46,385 nucleotides of DNA from a virus (taxonomy: Duplodnaviria; Caudoviricetes): positions 1 to 46,385 of the IMG/VR virus record IMGVR_UViG_3300031227_000091, one strand, 5' to 3'. The position numbers and the translations under genes are program-made. The notes under the pieces were generated by a model. It saw nothing but the letters and a program-made list of their open reading frames with translations, was not told where the DNA came from and ran no database searches. Of the stretch, positions 1 through 9,144 are shown piece after piece. Every line of letters starts with the position of its first letter. The first letter of the stretch is position 1.

Positions 1-102
1 TATGACTTACTCTGCCGTCTGCTTCTATATCGCACATCACCGTTTTAGGACTTCCGCACTTCTTGCACTCTTTGCCAAAAAACTTGTTTGTGTATTCGCC
101 GT
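1..102. repeat. 102-bp exact direct repeat, copy 1 (circularisation or assembly overlap)
   Basis: 1-102 identical to 45762-45863; sequences diverge at 103 vs 45864. Confidence 0.97.
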
Positions 103-271
103 GTTTGCATTTACTCAAATTTATTATGTTATTTGTGTTTATATCTATCACTCCTGAAACACATTTTACACATGGGTCAACGGGGTATGCAATGCTATTT
201 GTTGCACATATCCACATGTTTTTATATTTAGTAGATTTACAATTATTTTTTAACAAACTCAATTCCCCCAT
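2..271 (-). CDS. Cys-rich tail-tip-associated protein, variant A (runs off window start; completed by 45700-45762 if circular)
   Basis: Manual translation MGELSLLKNNCKS...SKCKHGEYTNKFFGKECKKCGSPKTVMCDIEADGRVSH; C-terminal part identical to the 45700 ORF; missing from the ORF track. Confidence 0.75.
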   Translation of the reverse strand, partial: MGELSLLKNNCKSTKYKNMWICATNSIAYPVDPCVKCVSGVIDINTNNIINLSKCKHGEYTNKFFGKECKKCGSPKTVMCDIEADGRVSH

Positions 272-695
272 ATCCCTCACTAGGTGGACCATACCAATCT
301 ATAATTTTTATTACAATTTCTGTATTTTTTGGTATTTCTTTTAAAATAGTTCCAGAAGAAAATGAATGCCTTCCATTTTCTGGACAAACAAACGGGAATA
401 AACCTTCCGCAATTATTTCATCGTTTATTTCAAGATCATCATCACATAAAAAACTTCCGTTGCATACGATAATTTGAACATCAACATCAAACTGCTCAAA
501 TGTATATATTGTTGGATGATATGTTTTATTTATACTACCGCAACCAGTAAAAGGCGGTATAATAAAATACGGCTCAAATAGAAGGTCAAAGCACACTCCC
601 AGTCTATCATCACACGGGCATTCACCACAAAGCACCCCTTGCCCGTTTAGCGTTACTGGTCTACCGTTTTGCATCCATGCTTGCATTATGTACAC
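243..695 (-). CDS. Putative minor tail/tail-tip protein with N-terminal CGECPC motif
   Basis: Position at the end of the tail operon, overlapping neighbours; start may be about 686. Confidence 0.6.
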   Translation of the reverse strand: MYIMQAWMQNGRPVTLNGQGVLCGECPCDDRLGVCFDLLFEPYFIIPPFTGCGSINKTYHPTIYTFEQFDVDVQIIVCNGSFLCDDDLEINDEIIAEGLFPFVCPENGRHSFSSGTILKEIPKNTEIVIKIIDWYGPPSEGYGGIEFVKK

Positions 696-1189
696 GCTCC
701 AAAAGTATGCCCTATTATAGCCCCGTCGCCATGTTGTGGTATTATATCAACAATCTCAGGGCTTACAAATACTATATTGCTAAGAAGTTTCTTGAATTTA
801 TTAGCTTCGTATGTCGGGAAACTTGCTGATTGCTCTATGGTGGGCATTCCTGTTATTTCTGTACCCGTGTCGTAAATAGACTGCAAGTAAATAAAAGCAT
901 CTGCCGTAATAGTCAACTCGTCAATATTAACCGCAAAAACAGTATCGTTAATAGTTGCATATCCACAAATAGCCGAATCTAAGTCATAGCCGTAGACTAC
1001 TTTAATTTTATCTGTATCGGACAGGATTGTTTTAAAATAGCCGTTGTATTCTATATCTGAAAGATCGCTCTGTGGTCTACGCTCTGTCTTTGAACCACGA
1101 CTACCGAGAGGGTTATTTTTAGCTCTGGCAATCCCAGAATTAAGGATACCTACATCTTTTTTAGTTAAGCTAAATGCCCTACGAACCAT
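686..1189 (-). CDS. Putative minor tail protein
   Basis: Synteny downstream of tape measure; beta-rich. Confidence 0.55.
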   Translation of the reverse strand: MVRRAFSLTKKDVGILNSGIARAKNNPLGSRGSKTERRPQSDLSDIEYNGYFKTILSDTDKIKVVYGYDLDSAICGYATINDTVFAVNIDELTITADAFIYLQSIYDTGTEITGMPTIEQSASFPTYEANKFKKLLSNIVFVSPEIVDIIPQHGDGAIIGHTFGACT

Positions 1190-1190
1190 A

Positions 1191-2216
1191 TTAAACCCCC
1201 TTTAAGGATGTTGGCAAATCTAAAACAGTCCAATCTTGAGGGAATATGGTTAAATCTTCAAGGTATTCAGGATCTAAGCCAGATGCTAATAGTTTACCGC
1301 TTCCATCTAGTTTTTGAGAATCGTCAACCTTTTCTTTGCCTGTGTTTGTTCCTGCTAAATCTGAATTTATATCTTGTTTTAATATTGGCGTTGACTTATC
1401 GTTATCGTTTAATTGATTAAATCCAGAATCAAGCCATTCAGTAATCCAAGTTTCCTCTTTTATCTCAACCAATAATTTAACAATCCAATAAACTTGACCT
1501 GTGCCGCTTATTATCATTTGTGCATCTTTTAGTGTTAATTTTCCAGCCGCCGCCGCTATTGGATAGTCGCAAACTGTTGTAGCAAATAAATTAACTGTAT
1601 TAAATGCCGTAGTTAGCCATTTTGTATCAAAATATTCTTCTTTATATTCTAATTCTATTTCAAGCCATGATATATTTCTAACCGTGGTTAATCCCTCTGA
1701 CGGCGGGTCTCCGGCTGTATTTTCAATTAAGAAAGTTGGATCGCCTTGAGCATCGTCTGTTGAATCTCCAAACAATTCGATAGACCTATATGATTTTGTT
1801 ACTGAGAAATCATAAGGTTGAAACCCTCTATCTATAGACACTAGCCTAGTGGTTTCAGAAACCGCCCCTGTAACTATGCCAACGTTAGCCGTAAATGTTA
1901 TAGTTACAAACCATACGGTAAAAAGTGAATCCTTTCCAGAATCGCCAGACTTTAACCGCTTCACGTCTCTACCCGTGCATCTAAAAACTGAATTTTCATA
2001 AGCAACTTCTGTAGCTTCTTCAAAAATCAACTGATCGTAGTCTTGAGGTATTTCACTATTTTTTAATATCAAAAACTCTGCGTAAATCTTTTCTTTGAAG
2101 CTCAATAAATAACTATATCCACTTAATTCAACTCTGAAAACTTGGGTATATGTAGCATTTTTTGAATTTATAGTACTCAAAAATGAGTCGTCTAATTCTA
2201 CGTTTGTAACTTCCAT
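1191..2216 (-). CDS. Putative distal tail/hub protein
   Basis: Directly downstream of tape measure; acidic, 341 aa. Confidence 0.6.
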   Translation of the reverse strand: MEVTNVELDDSFLSTINSKNATYTQVFRVELSGYSYLLSFKEKIYAEFLILKNSEIPQDYDQLIFEEATEVAYENSVFRCTGRDVKRLKSGDSGKDSLFTVWFVTITFTANVGIVTGAVSETTRLVSIDRGFQPYDFSVTKSYRSIELFGDSTDDAQGDPTFLIENTAGDPPSEGLTTVRNISWLEIELEYKEEYFDTKWLTTAFNTVNLFATTVCDYPIAAAAGKLTLKDAQMIISGTGQVYWIVKLLVEIKEETWITEWLDSGFNQLNDNDKSTPILKQDINSDLAGTNTGKEKVDDSQKLDGSGKLLASGLDPEYLEDLTIFPQDWTVLDLPTSLKGV

Positions 2217-2224
2217 AATAAATC

Positions 2225-4045
2225 CTATGCTGTTAAATTTGCTGGCATTAGCACTATACTATTGTTTGTAAAAGCCTCTGCCATGCTTGCTGTATTATTT
2301 GCTGTATTTTTAGTATTGTTTTCTACTTTCTTATTTTGTGAACGCTGGTTTTCAATTTTAACCGCCTCGCTAGTTCCCCGGATCGCCGCACTTGATAAAC
2401 TAGGGATAGTTGCGCCAATCCCAACACCTTCGCCAACTCCAGCAGCATCGGCAGCCCCTGGAGGCTTCGGCACTTTTGGAAAAACCAAATCAGCAGCAAT
2501 CTTTTTCATGTTCTTGTCAAACGTAGCAAATATATCACCAGCCCCGCCGAATGGGTTTATGGCTCCAATATTACCGCCTTTTATAGCCCTTATTACATTC
2601 AGCGGATTAAGATTAAATATCATATTTTTTAGCAAATTAGTCATTGAGTCAATGGCAAGCTTTACTACTTCGACAACTGTTTTGCCGATTGCCTTAACAA
2701 TATTCCATGTTGTTTTTAGCACCGTGTTTAGCGTTATCATTAAGTCTGTTAAAAACTTAATATCGCTTGCCGGGATACTGGCTTTTATTCTTTTAAATGC
2801 CCAAACAACAGAACCAGCGGAAAACGCTAATGCGGCAAGCAATGAAGCGGTTGCGCCACTTACGAATGCAATTAATGCTTTTCCCGCGATGGCTATCCAT
2901 TTGCCCAATCCGGCAAACATCAAACCTGTCAAAACCCCTGCTCTTTTCAGGCTAATCATACTAAATTTAGTAGTATTTGCCATTAATGAAAATGCTTTTA
3001 GTTTTGCAGTAGCTTTTATTACTGACGGCATAAAAAACCGTTTTAAGAAAAAAGTTTGAAGTTTCAAAGCCCTAGTAAGTCCGATACTGTTTTTTTGCAA
3101 GTGCAATACGGCTAAATTAAATATAGCGATTACAACAACTACAGGAGGTATTACAATTCCTAATAAAACTATTCCACCGATAACGGGTCGTAAAAATCCC
3201 GGAATTATAGACAAGGTTTTAGCAAGTATTCTCATTCCCGTGCCAAGCACTCTGATAATAACATCAAGCCTTAATCCTTGAATTAATATTTTACCGAACT
3301 CCTCACGCATGAATTTCATCATCTCGCCTAGTCGTCTGCTCGTATTTGCAAGCTCTCCCCGTGTTCTATTATAGTCGTCAACTGCGTTTACTGACTGCTT
3401 GATAACTTCTTGCAAAACCAATTCGGCTCTGGCGATCTGCTCTGTAATGCCCCTTGTTACCATCATTTCTCGTATTTGAGATCTAAACTGTTTGCTTCTC
3501 TGATTCATTGCTACGCCCAAAGGTTTAAGGGCTTGAGATATACCTAACATACCTCGGAATATTGCATTAGTAACGGCGGGAATTCCACCAGCTATGTTTC
3601 TGAAAGATGTTAAATCCCCGGCAATTCTCAATGTTCTATTTGCTAAAGATAGAGCCGCTTTATCGGTTAATCCAAAGCCTATCATTAAATCGCCAACATC
3701 GCCAAGCAGTTTTTTAGATGTACTTGAAGCTAAATCAAAATCACCCGCTAATTGATTGGCTGTTTTTTCTGATTCTTGCCGTATTCCTTGAAAAGCAACA
3801 TTAAAAACGTTTGTCATTTCTACGGCATCAGAAGCCGCCTTGACTGAATTTGTCGCAAACATTGCAAGAGGCAGAGATATAGCGGCGGTTGCTATTAATG
3901 CGGAGTTTCTTAAAGACCTGTTGACGTTCGTAAAAGACTTTTTAATATCTAATCCAAGCCCCTTAATTTCACGCTTTGCAGTTTTTAGTTGAGTAGTGTC
4001 AACCATTACTGCGGCTTTTAAAGTTCCTACGTCAAGCTGTGGCAT
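2225..4045 (-). CDS. Tail tape measure protein
   Basis: N-terminal DVGTLKAAV, Ala/Gly-rich helical with hydrophobic segments, follows the chaperone pair. Confidence 0.9.
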   Translation of the reverse strand: MPQLDVGTLKAAVMVDTTQLKTAKREIKGLGLDIKKSFTNVNRSLRNSALIATAAISLPLAMFATNSVKAASDAVEMTNVFNVAFQGIRQESEKTANQLAGDFDLASSTSKKLLGDVGDLMIGFGLTDKAALSLANRTLRIAGDLTSFRNIAGGIPAVTNAIFRGMLGISQALKPLGVAMNQRSKQFRSQIREMMVTRGITEQIARAELVLQEVIKQSVNAVDDYNRTRGELANTSRRLGEMMKFMREEFGKILIQGLRLDVIIRVLGTGMRILAKTLSIIPGFLRPVIGGIVLLGIVIPPVVVVIAIFNLAVLHLQKNSIGLTRALKLQTFFLKRFFMPSVIKATAKLKAFSLMANTTKFSMISLKRAGVLTGLMFAGLGKWIAIAGKALIAFVSGATASLLAALAFSAGSVVWAFKRIKASIPASDIKFLTDLMITLNTVLKTTWNIVKAIGKTVVEVVKLAIDSMTNLLKNMIFNLNPLNVIRAIKGGNIGAINPFGGAGDIFATFDKNMKKIAADLVFPKVPKPPGAADAAGVGEGVGIGATIPSLSSAAIRGTSEAVKIENQRSQNKKVENNTKNTANNTASMAEAFTNNSIVLMPANLTA

Positions 4046-4047
4046 TC

Positions 4048-4404
4048 TTAACCGTCCTTTTTCTGTGCTTTTTGCATTCTTTTAAGCTTTTCGTTTATCT
4101 TCTTGATCGCTGGTTCTTCTATTTCTGAACCCATCCTTAAATTTCTAATTCTTTCAATAGCTTTTTTTGCCTGTTCTTCTATTGACAAATCTTCAAGAGC
4201 AACTTTATTCCATGGCATTTCTAAATCAGACTTGCCTCCTGTGCTCATTATATTTCTTATTTCGCTCCTGATATACATTTGAGCTATGTCAATTTTAGTA
4301 CTCGGTAACGGCTCTACCGCTGACCGTGTTACAAAGAAAAAATAATCATCAAGCGTTAAGGTCTGCTCGAGCTCGCTTGGTGTCCGACCAAGGGCAATGC
4401 ACAA
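4048..4404 (-). CDS. Tail assembly chaperone, gpT-like (-1 frameshift extension)
   Basis: Frame is open upstream to the slippery site: KKVKQSPDNLFEYRLCIALGRTPSEL. Confidence 0.75.
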   Translation of the reverse strand: MCIALGRTPSELEQTLTLDDYFFFVTRSAVEPLPSTKIDIAQMYIRSEIRNIMSTGGKSDLEMPWNKVALEDLSIEEQAKKAIERIRNLRMGSEIEEPAIKKINEKLKRMQKAQKKDG

Positions 4405-4436
4405 GCGATACTCGAACAGGTTATCAGGAGATTGCT

Positions 4437-4823
4437 TTACTTTTTTATTTCTTCTTTTAGTGCCTCTCTTTTATCTTCCATTATATTATGAAAGTGTTGA
4501 ATAGTTTCTGCCGGAGATAGTTCATTATCTAATATATCATCAGTTAAAACCCTATTCATATCTCTATCAACGAGATTTTCAAGGCACTTTCTGGCTAATT
4601 TATACATCACCATTTCAATATCTAAAGATTTTTCATCTCTCTTGTCTTGGCTTTTTATCTTTTCTATGTTTCTTGAATCCTTTTGAGCCTGGTAATATCC
4701 AAGCATATATTTAGCCGGAAGTTCTTTTTTGAATCCAACTTCAAGCTTGTTATACTTTTCGCTTAAAAAGAACCAGTCCTTAACTTCGTTACTTACAAAT
4801 AAACTGCTATAATCGTTACTCAT
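4437..4823 (-). CDS. Tail assembly chaperone, gpG-like
   Basis: Between tail tube and tape measure; ends ATA AAA AAG TAA. Confidence 0.75.
   Translation of the reverse strand: MSNDYSSLFVSNEVKDWFFLSEKYNKLEVGFKKELPAKYMLGYYQAQKDSRNIEKIKSQDKRDEKSLDIEMVMYKLARKCLENLVDRDMNRVLTDDILDNELSPAETIQHFHNIMEDKREALKEEIKK
4440..4446 (-). promoter_or_regulatory. -1 programmed ribosomal frameshift site A AAA AAG
   Basis: Canonical X XXY YYZ heptamer just before the stop; -1 frame joins 4048..4404. Confidence 0.85.
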
Positions 4824-4850
4824 TTTATCATCTCCTGATAATTTGTTAAT

Positions 4851-5273
4851 TTATGATACAGCCGCAAACACGGGGACAGTTTCTACACCAGCCGCAGTTG
4901 TATTAACTGCTGAAATAGTTCCTGAACCAGTATGCCTACCGTTTAGGTCTGAATTTGATGTGTCGTATTTTATCATTCCAAATATTCCCCACCATGTCAA
5001 AGTAGACACTCCGGCAACGGTATAAACACACGATAAATGAGTTCCAGTTTTAATCAAATCCATAACCGTGTTTGAACATTTATCTACATCGAGAACAAAT
5101 CCGCAATCACCAACAGATACAAGCAGCGAAGCATCAAAAGTTTCTGCAACGGTATTTGCTAATGTTGTTGATGGTACTTTGCCTCTTGTTATTTCTGGTG
5201 GGTCAATAGATATTAAACCTACTGGCAATCCTGCGACTGTAAGCAAATCGCCAAATCCTTCTTGTGCTGTCAT
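4851..5273 (-). CDS. Major tail tube protein
   Basis: Size 140 aa, beta-rich, position after tail completion gene and before chaperones. Confidence 0.75.
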   Translation of the reverse strand: MTAQEGFGDLLTVAGLPVGLISIDPPEITRGKVPSTTLANTVAETFDASLLVSVGDCGFVLDVDKCSNTVMDLIKTGTHLSCVYTVAGVSTLTWWGIFGMIKYDTSNSDLNGRHTGSGTISAVNTTAAGVETVPVFAAVS

Positions 5274-5290
5274 AATAAGCTCCTTGTTAT

Positions 5291-5704
5291 TTACGTTATA
5301 TTATACACGGCTGAAAAATTCTGCACATGTATTACTTTGTTTTTTTGATCTGTTTCTATTTTAAGCGGCGGATTGCTTTGATTAATGTTTCTGTAATCCT
5401 CCGAGTTAATTGTTTGATTTATTAAAAAACCTATTGCGCTAGATATTAAATTAGCTCGTATTAATGATTCTAAATATGTATTGCCTCTTGTTCTAACTTG
5501 GAACGTAACAAAATATCCAACTAATTCATTTAGCGCAATTCTCGATACTGCTTGCGATTGATAGACTGTTATACATTTAATCGGATTATTACTATCTGCG
5601 GCCGGTTCGCTTTCTGCCCTGCAACTCCAATCGGCAGAACCGCCAAAGGCAGATGATACACCCTTGGTTACTAATAATGTACAAATGTCAAATGCTAAGT
5701 TCAT
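5291..5704 (-). CDS. Tail terminator/completion protein
   Basis: TFQVRTRG motif, neck synteny; start at MNLAFD overlapping upstream stop. Confidence 0.7.
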   Translation of the reverse strand: MNLAFDICTLLVTKGVSSAFGGSADWSCRAESEPAADSNNPIKCITVYQSQAVSRIALNELVGYFVTFQVRTRGNTYLESLIRANLISSAIGFLINQTINSEDYRNINQSNPPLKIETDQKNKVIHVQNFSAVYNIT

Positions 5705-6132
5705 TTTATTGTTACCCAAAATGATATAATGTCAAATACTTTAAATCTTTCTTCAAATAATGTTCTTTCTAAAAATTTAGCTTGCTCTGTGTCCCGTCTT
5801 TTATGTGTTATCCCTAACGCTATATCCCTGGCATAATGAACATTAAAGGCTATCCCATGCCGCTTATTCATATCCTCGTGAACGCTTACGGCATAAGGCA
5901 TAATATATCGCGCCTCTGCAGTTGGACTTTCTGCTTTTACTGATGTCGCATAGCTAGTGGCTGCAAGTGCCGTTGTGTCCATCGGGGTATATTTACTATT
6001 AGCCGTAACTCTAAGCCACTTAGCACCCTTTAAAACGCCCATCTCTGCGCCCTTAACAAGATTATCAAGAGCTTTGTCAATATTATTAAAGACCCTTTTG
6101 TTTGCTGATTCATCCCAAACTATAGAAACCAT
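5701..6132 (-). CDS. Neck protein, HK97 gp10-like
   Basis: TPMDTTAL...PYAVSVHE...QAKFLER motifs. Confidence 0.8.
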   Translation of the reverse strand: MVSIVWDESANKRVFNNIDKALDNLVKGAEMGVLKGAKWLRVTANSKYTPMDTTALAATSYATSVKAESPTAEARYIMPYAVSVHEDMNKRHGIAFNVHYARDIALGITHKRRDTEQAKFLERTLFEERFKVFDIISFWVTIK

Positions 6133-6133
6133 T

Positions 6134-6475
6134 TTACAACCTCACGCTAACAAGTTTTTCAGTTGCTTTCACATTCGGAGTTTCGTCAATTCTTATAATA
6201 GCATAAGCATTTTTATCACTCGCCGGACTTGCCGGAGTTGACCCGGTTAATTCGCCTAGACTTAAAAAACCTTCTACTCCTAACACTCTATCAACATATA
6301 CTTTTGCTAAGCTCATTACTTCTTCGCCTTTTGAATTTTTGACAATCTCAGTTTTTGTAGACCACCTGCAACTAATTTCAACAGGAGCGGAATAAGTATA
6401 ATCGCCGTAGCCGTCTTGCGTTGACCTTGCCCAATATACCACTTCCTGGTTAAGTTTTTTAGTTTGGATTATCAT
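6134..6475 (-). CDS. Head closure/stopper protein
   Basis: DGYGDYTYSAPVEISCRW...GEEVMSLAKVY pattern. Confidence 0.75.
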   Translation of the reverse strand: MIIQTKKLNQEVVYWARSTQDGYGDYTYSAPVEISCRWSTKTEIVKNSKGEEVMSLAKVYVDRVLGVEGFLSLGELTGSTPASPASDKNAYAIIRIDETPNVKATEKLVSVRL

Positions 6476-6873
6476 TAATTATTATCCCAATCCCTAGTTG
6501 TTTCGCCAGTAAAAAATTGAGCCTTGAAGCTTTCCTTGCTTGCTTCCGCTAACGTTCCAGAAATATCAAGCGTGATCGCCTGTTGTCCGTATGTTGTCTG
6601 ATAATATCCCACCTTAAGTGGATTTTTATAATCATCTTCACTTTCATCTATAATTATATTAATAGCCTGACGGTACTTTAAACAAGCAAAATGAGCTGAT
6701 AGGTACAACTCAATATTTGTAAGTCTTGTATCTGAATAACCATTAGCCGCTAAGTCGGTTGTAACAATGTCATTTGCAACGCCTATAAATACCGTCAAGT
6801 CGTCGGTGGCTGCAATGCCAGCATCGCTTGATATAATTGCAAATACTTCATCGCTTGTTACTCTATTAGCCAT
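6475..6873 (-). CDS. Head-tail adaptor
   Basis: IELYLSAHF and TTYGQQAITLD motifs. Confidence 0.75.
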   Translation of the reverse strand: MANRVTSDEVFAIISSDAGIAATDDLTVFIGVANDIVTTDLAANGYSDTRLTNIELYLSAHFACLKYRQAINIIIDESEDDYKNPLKVGYYQTTYGQQAITLDISGTLAEASKESFKAQFFTGETTRDWDNN

Positions 6874-7211
6874 TATTTAGCCTTATTTGATTTGCGTTTA
6901 GCTCTTTTCTTTTTGACTTTTGCTTCCTTGAGGTCTTTAACATCATTCTTTAACTCTTTAAGGACTTCAACATCGTTTTTTGACAATGTGTAAGAGGTTT
7001 CCTTTTTTCTTTTTTCACCAACAGGCTCGACAACATCTTTTTTAACTTCCGGCGCAATATTGACAACATCCTTTTCAATAGCTGTAAACTTTTCGATTCC
7101 ATCACGCTTTGACAAGTCTTTATCCGATTCGATAATATCGTTTTCCGTGTTTGCTTTATAGATAACAGAACTAATCCCGAACGAGCCTTTTACTATTTTA
7201 TATTTAGCCAT
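6873..7211 (-). CDS. Hypothetical Lys-rich protein after the major capsid gene
   Basis: ORF with AGGAG RBS, operon synteny. Confidence 0.7.
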   Translation of the reverse strand: MAKYKIVKGSFGISSVIYKANTENDIIESDKDLSKRDGIEKFTAIEKDVVNIAPEVKKDVVEPVGEKRKKETSYTLSKNDVEVLKELKNDVKDLKEAKVKKKRAKRKSNKAK

Positions 7212-7228
7212 AATTTAATCTCCTAATG

Positions 7229-7258
7229 CCTCCTAGCTAAAATTAATCAGCTAGGAGG
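7229..7258 (-). terminator. Stem-loop after major capsid gene (terminator or mRNA stabiliser)
   Basis: CCTCCTAGCT / AGCTAGGAGG 10-bp stem; weak U-tract. Confidence 0.6.
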
Positions 7259-7270
7259 TTAATTATTAGT

Positions 7271-8335
7271 TTATGCTTTTGTTGCGTGTACTAATCCCAT
7301 AACATCGTTGTAATCGCTATAGAATTTAGGTATTTGCAATGTGAGAAGCTTCCAGTTAAACTCAAGACCGTCTGGAGTCATCCAGTTAATCGCAGTAGGA
7401 GCGAATCCATTAACAACCTTAACCGTACGAGGGCGCATTTCAAGCAAGCAAGCGCTGTTTACTGTCATTCTGAAAACTGGTTTAATATCAATCAGTTCTG
7501 GGAATGTAGCCATTAAGAAGTTTTTCAAGCTAATGCCCGAATCTGTACCGCGAGTGATACTTAAAGCAACGTTCCATGCGCTAGGAATATAGAGCATTAG
7601 TGAACTCATTCCGCCAGTACCTTGAATAAAATGAAGATTAATCCAAGCTCTAACATCTGCCACACATTCATCAAATGTTTTAGTTACATCGCTCCACTCT
7701 TTGACATAGGTAGTCTGAACACGATTCGGGGCTGTTGTCATTCCGTAGATTGACGATCCAGCGTAAGAAAACGCGCCACCACCGAGGATAGCTAAATCCT
7801 CCAGCTTTTCGCCTGTTTTGCGAGCTTCATTTTCTGCGCCACGACTATCAATAGAAACATTAGAGCCGTTACCGTATGCGCCACGCTTGGAAGCGTTAAG
7901 CGTTCTAATATCGAGTCTAAAATCATTGTTAATCATAGGCAATGGCAATGTTTCACTTGTTACGAGCGGAATATCATTGCTAATAGTGCTGCGACCAGTC
8001 ATAGACAAGTTGGCTTGCCCTGAATCGGAGTACATTTCATTGATGTACAGGAACGTTCCCAAAGCGGCTTCTTCGCTGCCTAAGTCAACAGTCCCAACTC
8101 CCATAATATCAGAGAATACATTTAACTCTGTGCGAATAACGCTAGAAATATCATCATCCAGCTTTTTCCATGAATCAATCGGAAGAACCGAAGCATTGGC
8201 GGTTCCGAAAGAAACCTTTTCGCCTAGACCATTAAAGATAAAGTTTTCTCCATCTTTTCGGTATGGGCGGTAGTTTCCAAGCCCGTTAAGTCTAACGCCT
8301 TGTGAAACCGCATCTGTTTGTGTTAAGAATTTCAT
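7271..8335 (-). CDS. Major capsid protein (HK97 fold, encapsulin/linocin-like subgroup)
   Basis: LPLPMINNDFRLDIRTLNASKR and IYGMTTAPNR motifs; follows protease and decoration genes. Confidence 0.85.
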   Translation of the reverse strand: MKFLTQTDAVSQGVRLNGLGNYRPYRKDGENFIFNGLGEKVSFGTANASVLPIDSWKKLDDDISSVIRTELNVFSDIMGVGTVDLGSEEAALGTFLYINEMYSDSGQANLSMTGRSTISNDIPLVTSETLPLPMINNDFRLDIRTLNASKRGAYGNGSNVSIDSRGAENEARKTGEKLEDLAILGGGAFSYAGSSIYGMTTAPNRVQTTYVKEWSDVTKTFDECVADVRAWINLHFIQGTGGMSSLMLYIPSAWNVALSITRGTDSGISLKNFLMATFPELIDIKPVFRMTVNSACLLEMRPRTVKVVNGFAPTAINWMTPDGLEFNWKLLTLQIPKFYSDYNDVMGLVHATKA

Positions 8336-8361
8336 TTTTTTTAATTCCTTATTTAGTTTGA

Positions 8362-9144
8362 TTAAAGTACAAGTGCTTCACATCTAGCAATTGAGCCGGA
8401 AGTTGTAACAGCCTCTCTGGCTTTCAAAACTACGGCATCTGCGGCGGCTCCACCTGCAAGAGTTGCGGCGGCTTCTGCTACTACTGCGCTTGCACCTGTT
8501 GATGCGCCAGTATCGGCAGCAGTTACAAGAATGCTAGCTGCATCATCAGCGGTTATAGCTGCGATAATTTCAGTAGCGGTACTTTCGATTGCACCACCTG
8601 CGCCAGTTTTAAGACTAATTATTACTAAAAGTCCTTCAACTGAAACTATGAGAGCTTGGTCATTTGCGCTTGGGTCGAGCAATACGACCTCAATAGTATT
8701 TCCAAAAGCGCCAGCATCAACAGCCGTAAAAGTAATTGCATTATTATTACCAACTACGCCAGTATCTAAACTAGCGGCAACGATAGCGGTTGCGACGGTA
8801 AAATTACCTACTGCATCTGGAGTAAGATGAGAATCAACAGAAACGGTTTGACTAGTTGCAAGCCAGCAATTAACAACGTCGCCGGGGAGGTATTGGCTGT
8901 AGAAAGCTGTTTGGGCAGTAGTATAATCTGCATCAATGTCTACACCTGTAGTACCCTGAAAATGGCGGTCATCAGCAAACAACGCCGACGGAGCAGCCAC
9001 ACTGGCGGTTTCCCATCGTTTAATTAGTCCACCTACTTCATAAACGTACTGCCCTGGAGTGATAGCTCCATCTGCAATAAGTTCACCAGCTTGATCCGAT
9101 CCGGCTGTTTCACGGAATCGATAAATATTAGTTTTATTAGACAT
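8362..9144 (-). CDS. Capsid decoration/cement protein with inserted Ala-rich domain
   Basis: GAITPGQ...PGDVVNCWLA...LKAREAV pattern; position between protease and capsid. Confidence 0.7.
   Translation of the reverse strand: MSNKTNIYRFRETAGSDQAGELIADGAITPGQYVYEVGGLIKRWETASVAAPSALFADDRHFQGTTGVDIDADYTTAQTAFYSQYLPGDVVNCWLATSQTVSVDSHLTPDAVGNFTVATAIVAASLDTGVVGNNNAITFTAVDAGAFGNTIEVVLLDPSANDQALIVSVEGLLVIISLKTGAGGAIESTATEIIAAITADDAASILVTAADTGASTGASAVVAEAAATLAGGAAADAVVLKAREAVTTSGSIARCEALVL

Noticed and set aside
1-102. Physical terminal repeats of the virion DNA
   Set aside because: The second copy is internal, 522 bp from the end and mid-gene; this fits an assembly branch or cassette homology better.
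2262-3059. 265-aa plus-strand ORF and similar antisense ORFs over structural genes
   Set aside because: Antisense shadows of tape measure, capsid and terminase genes.
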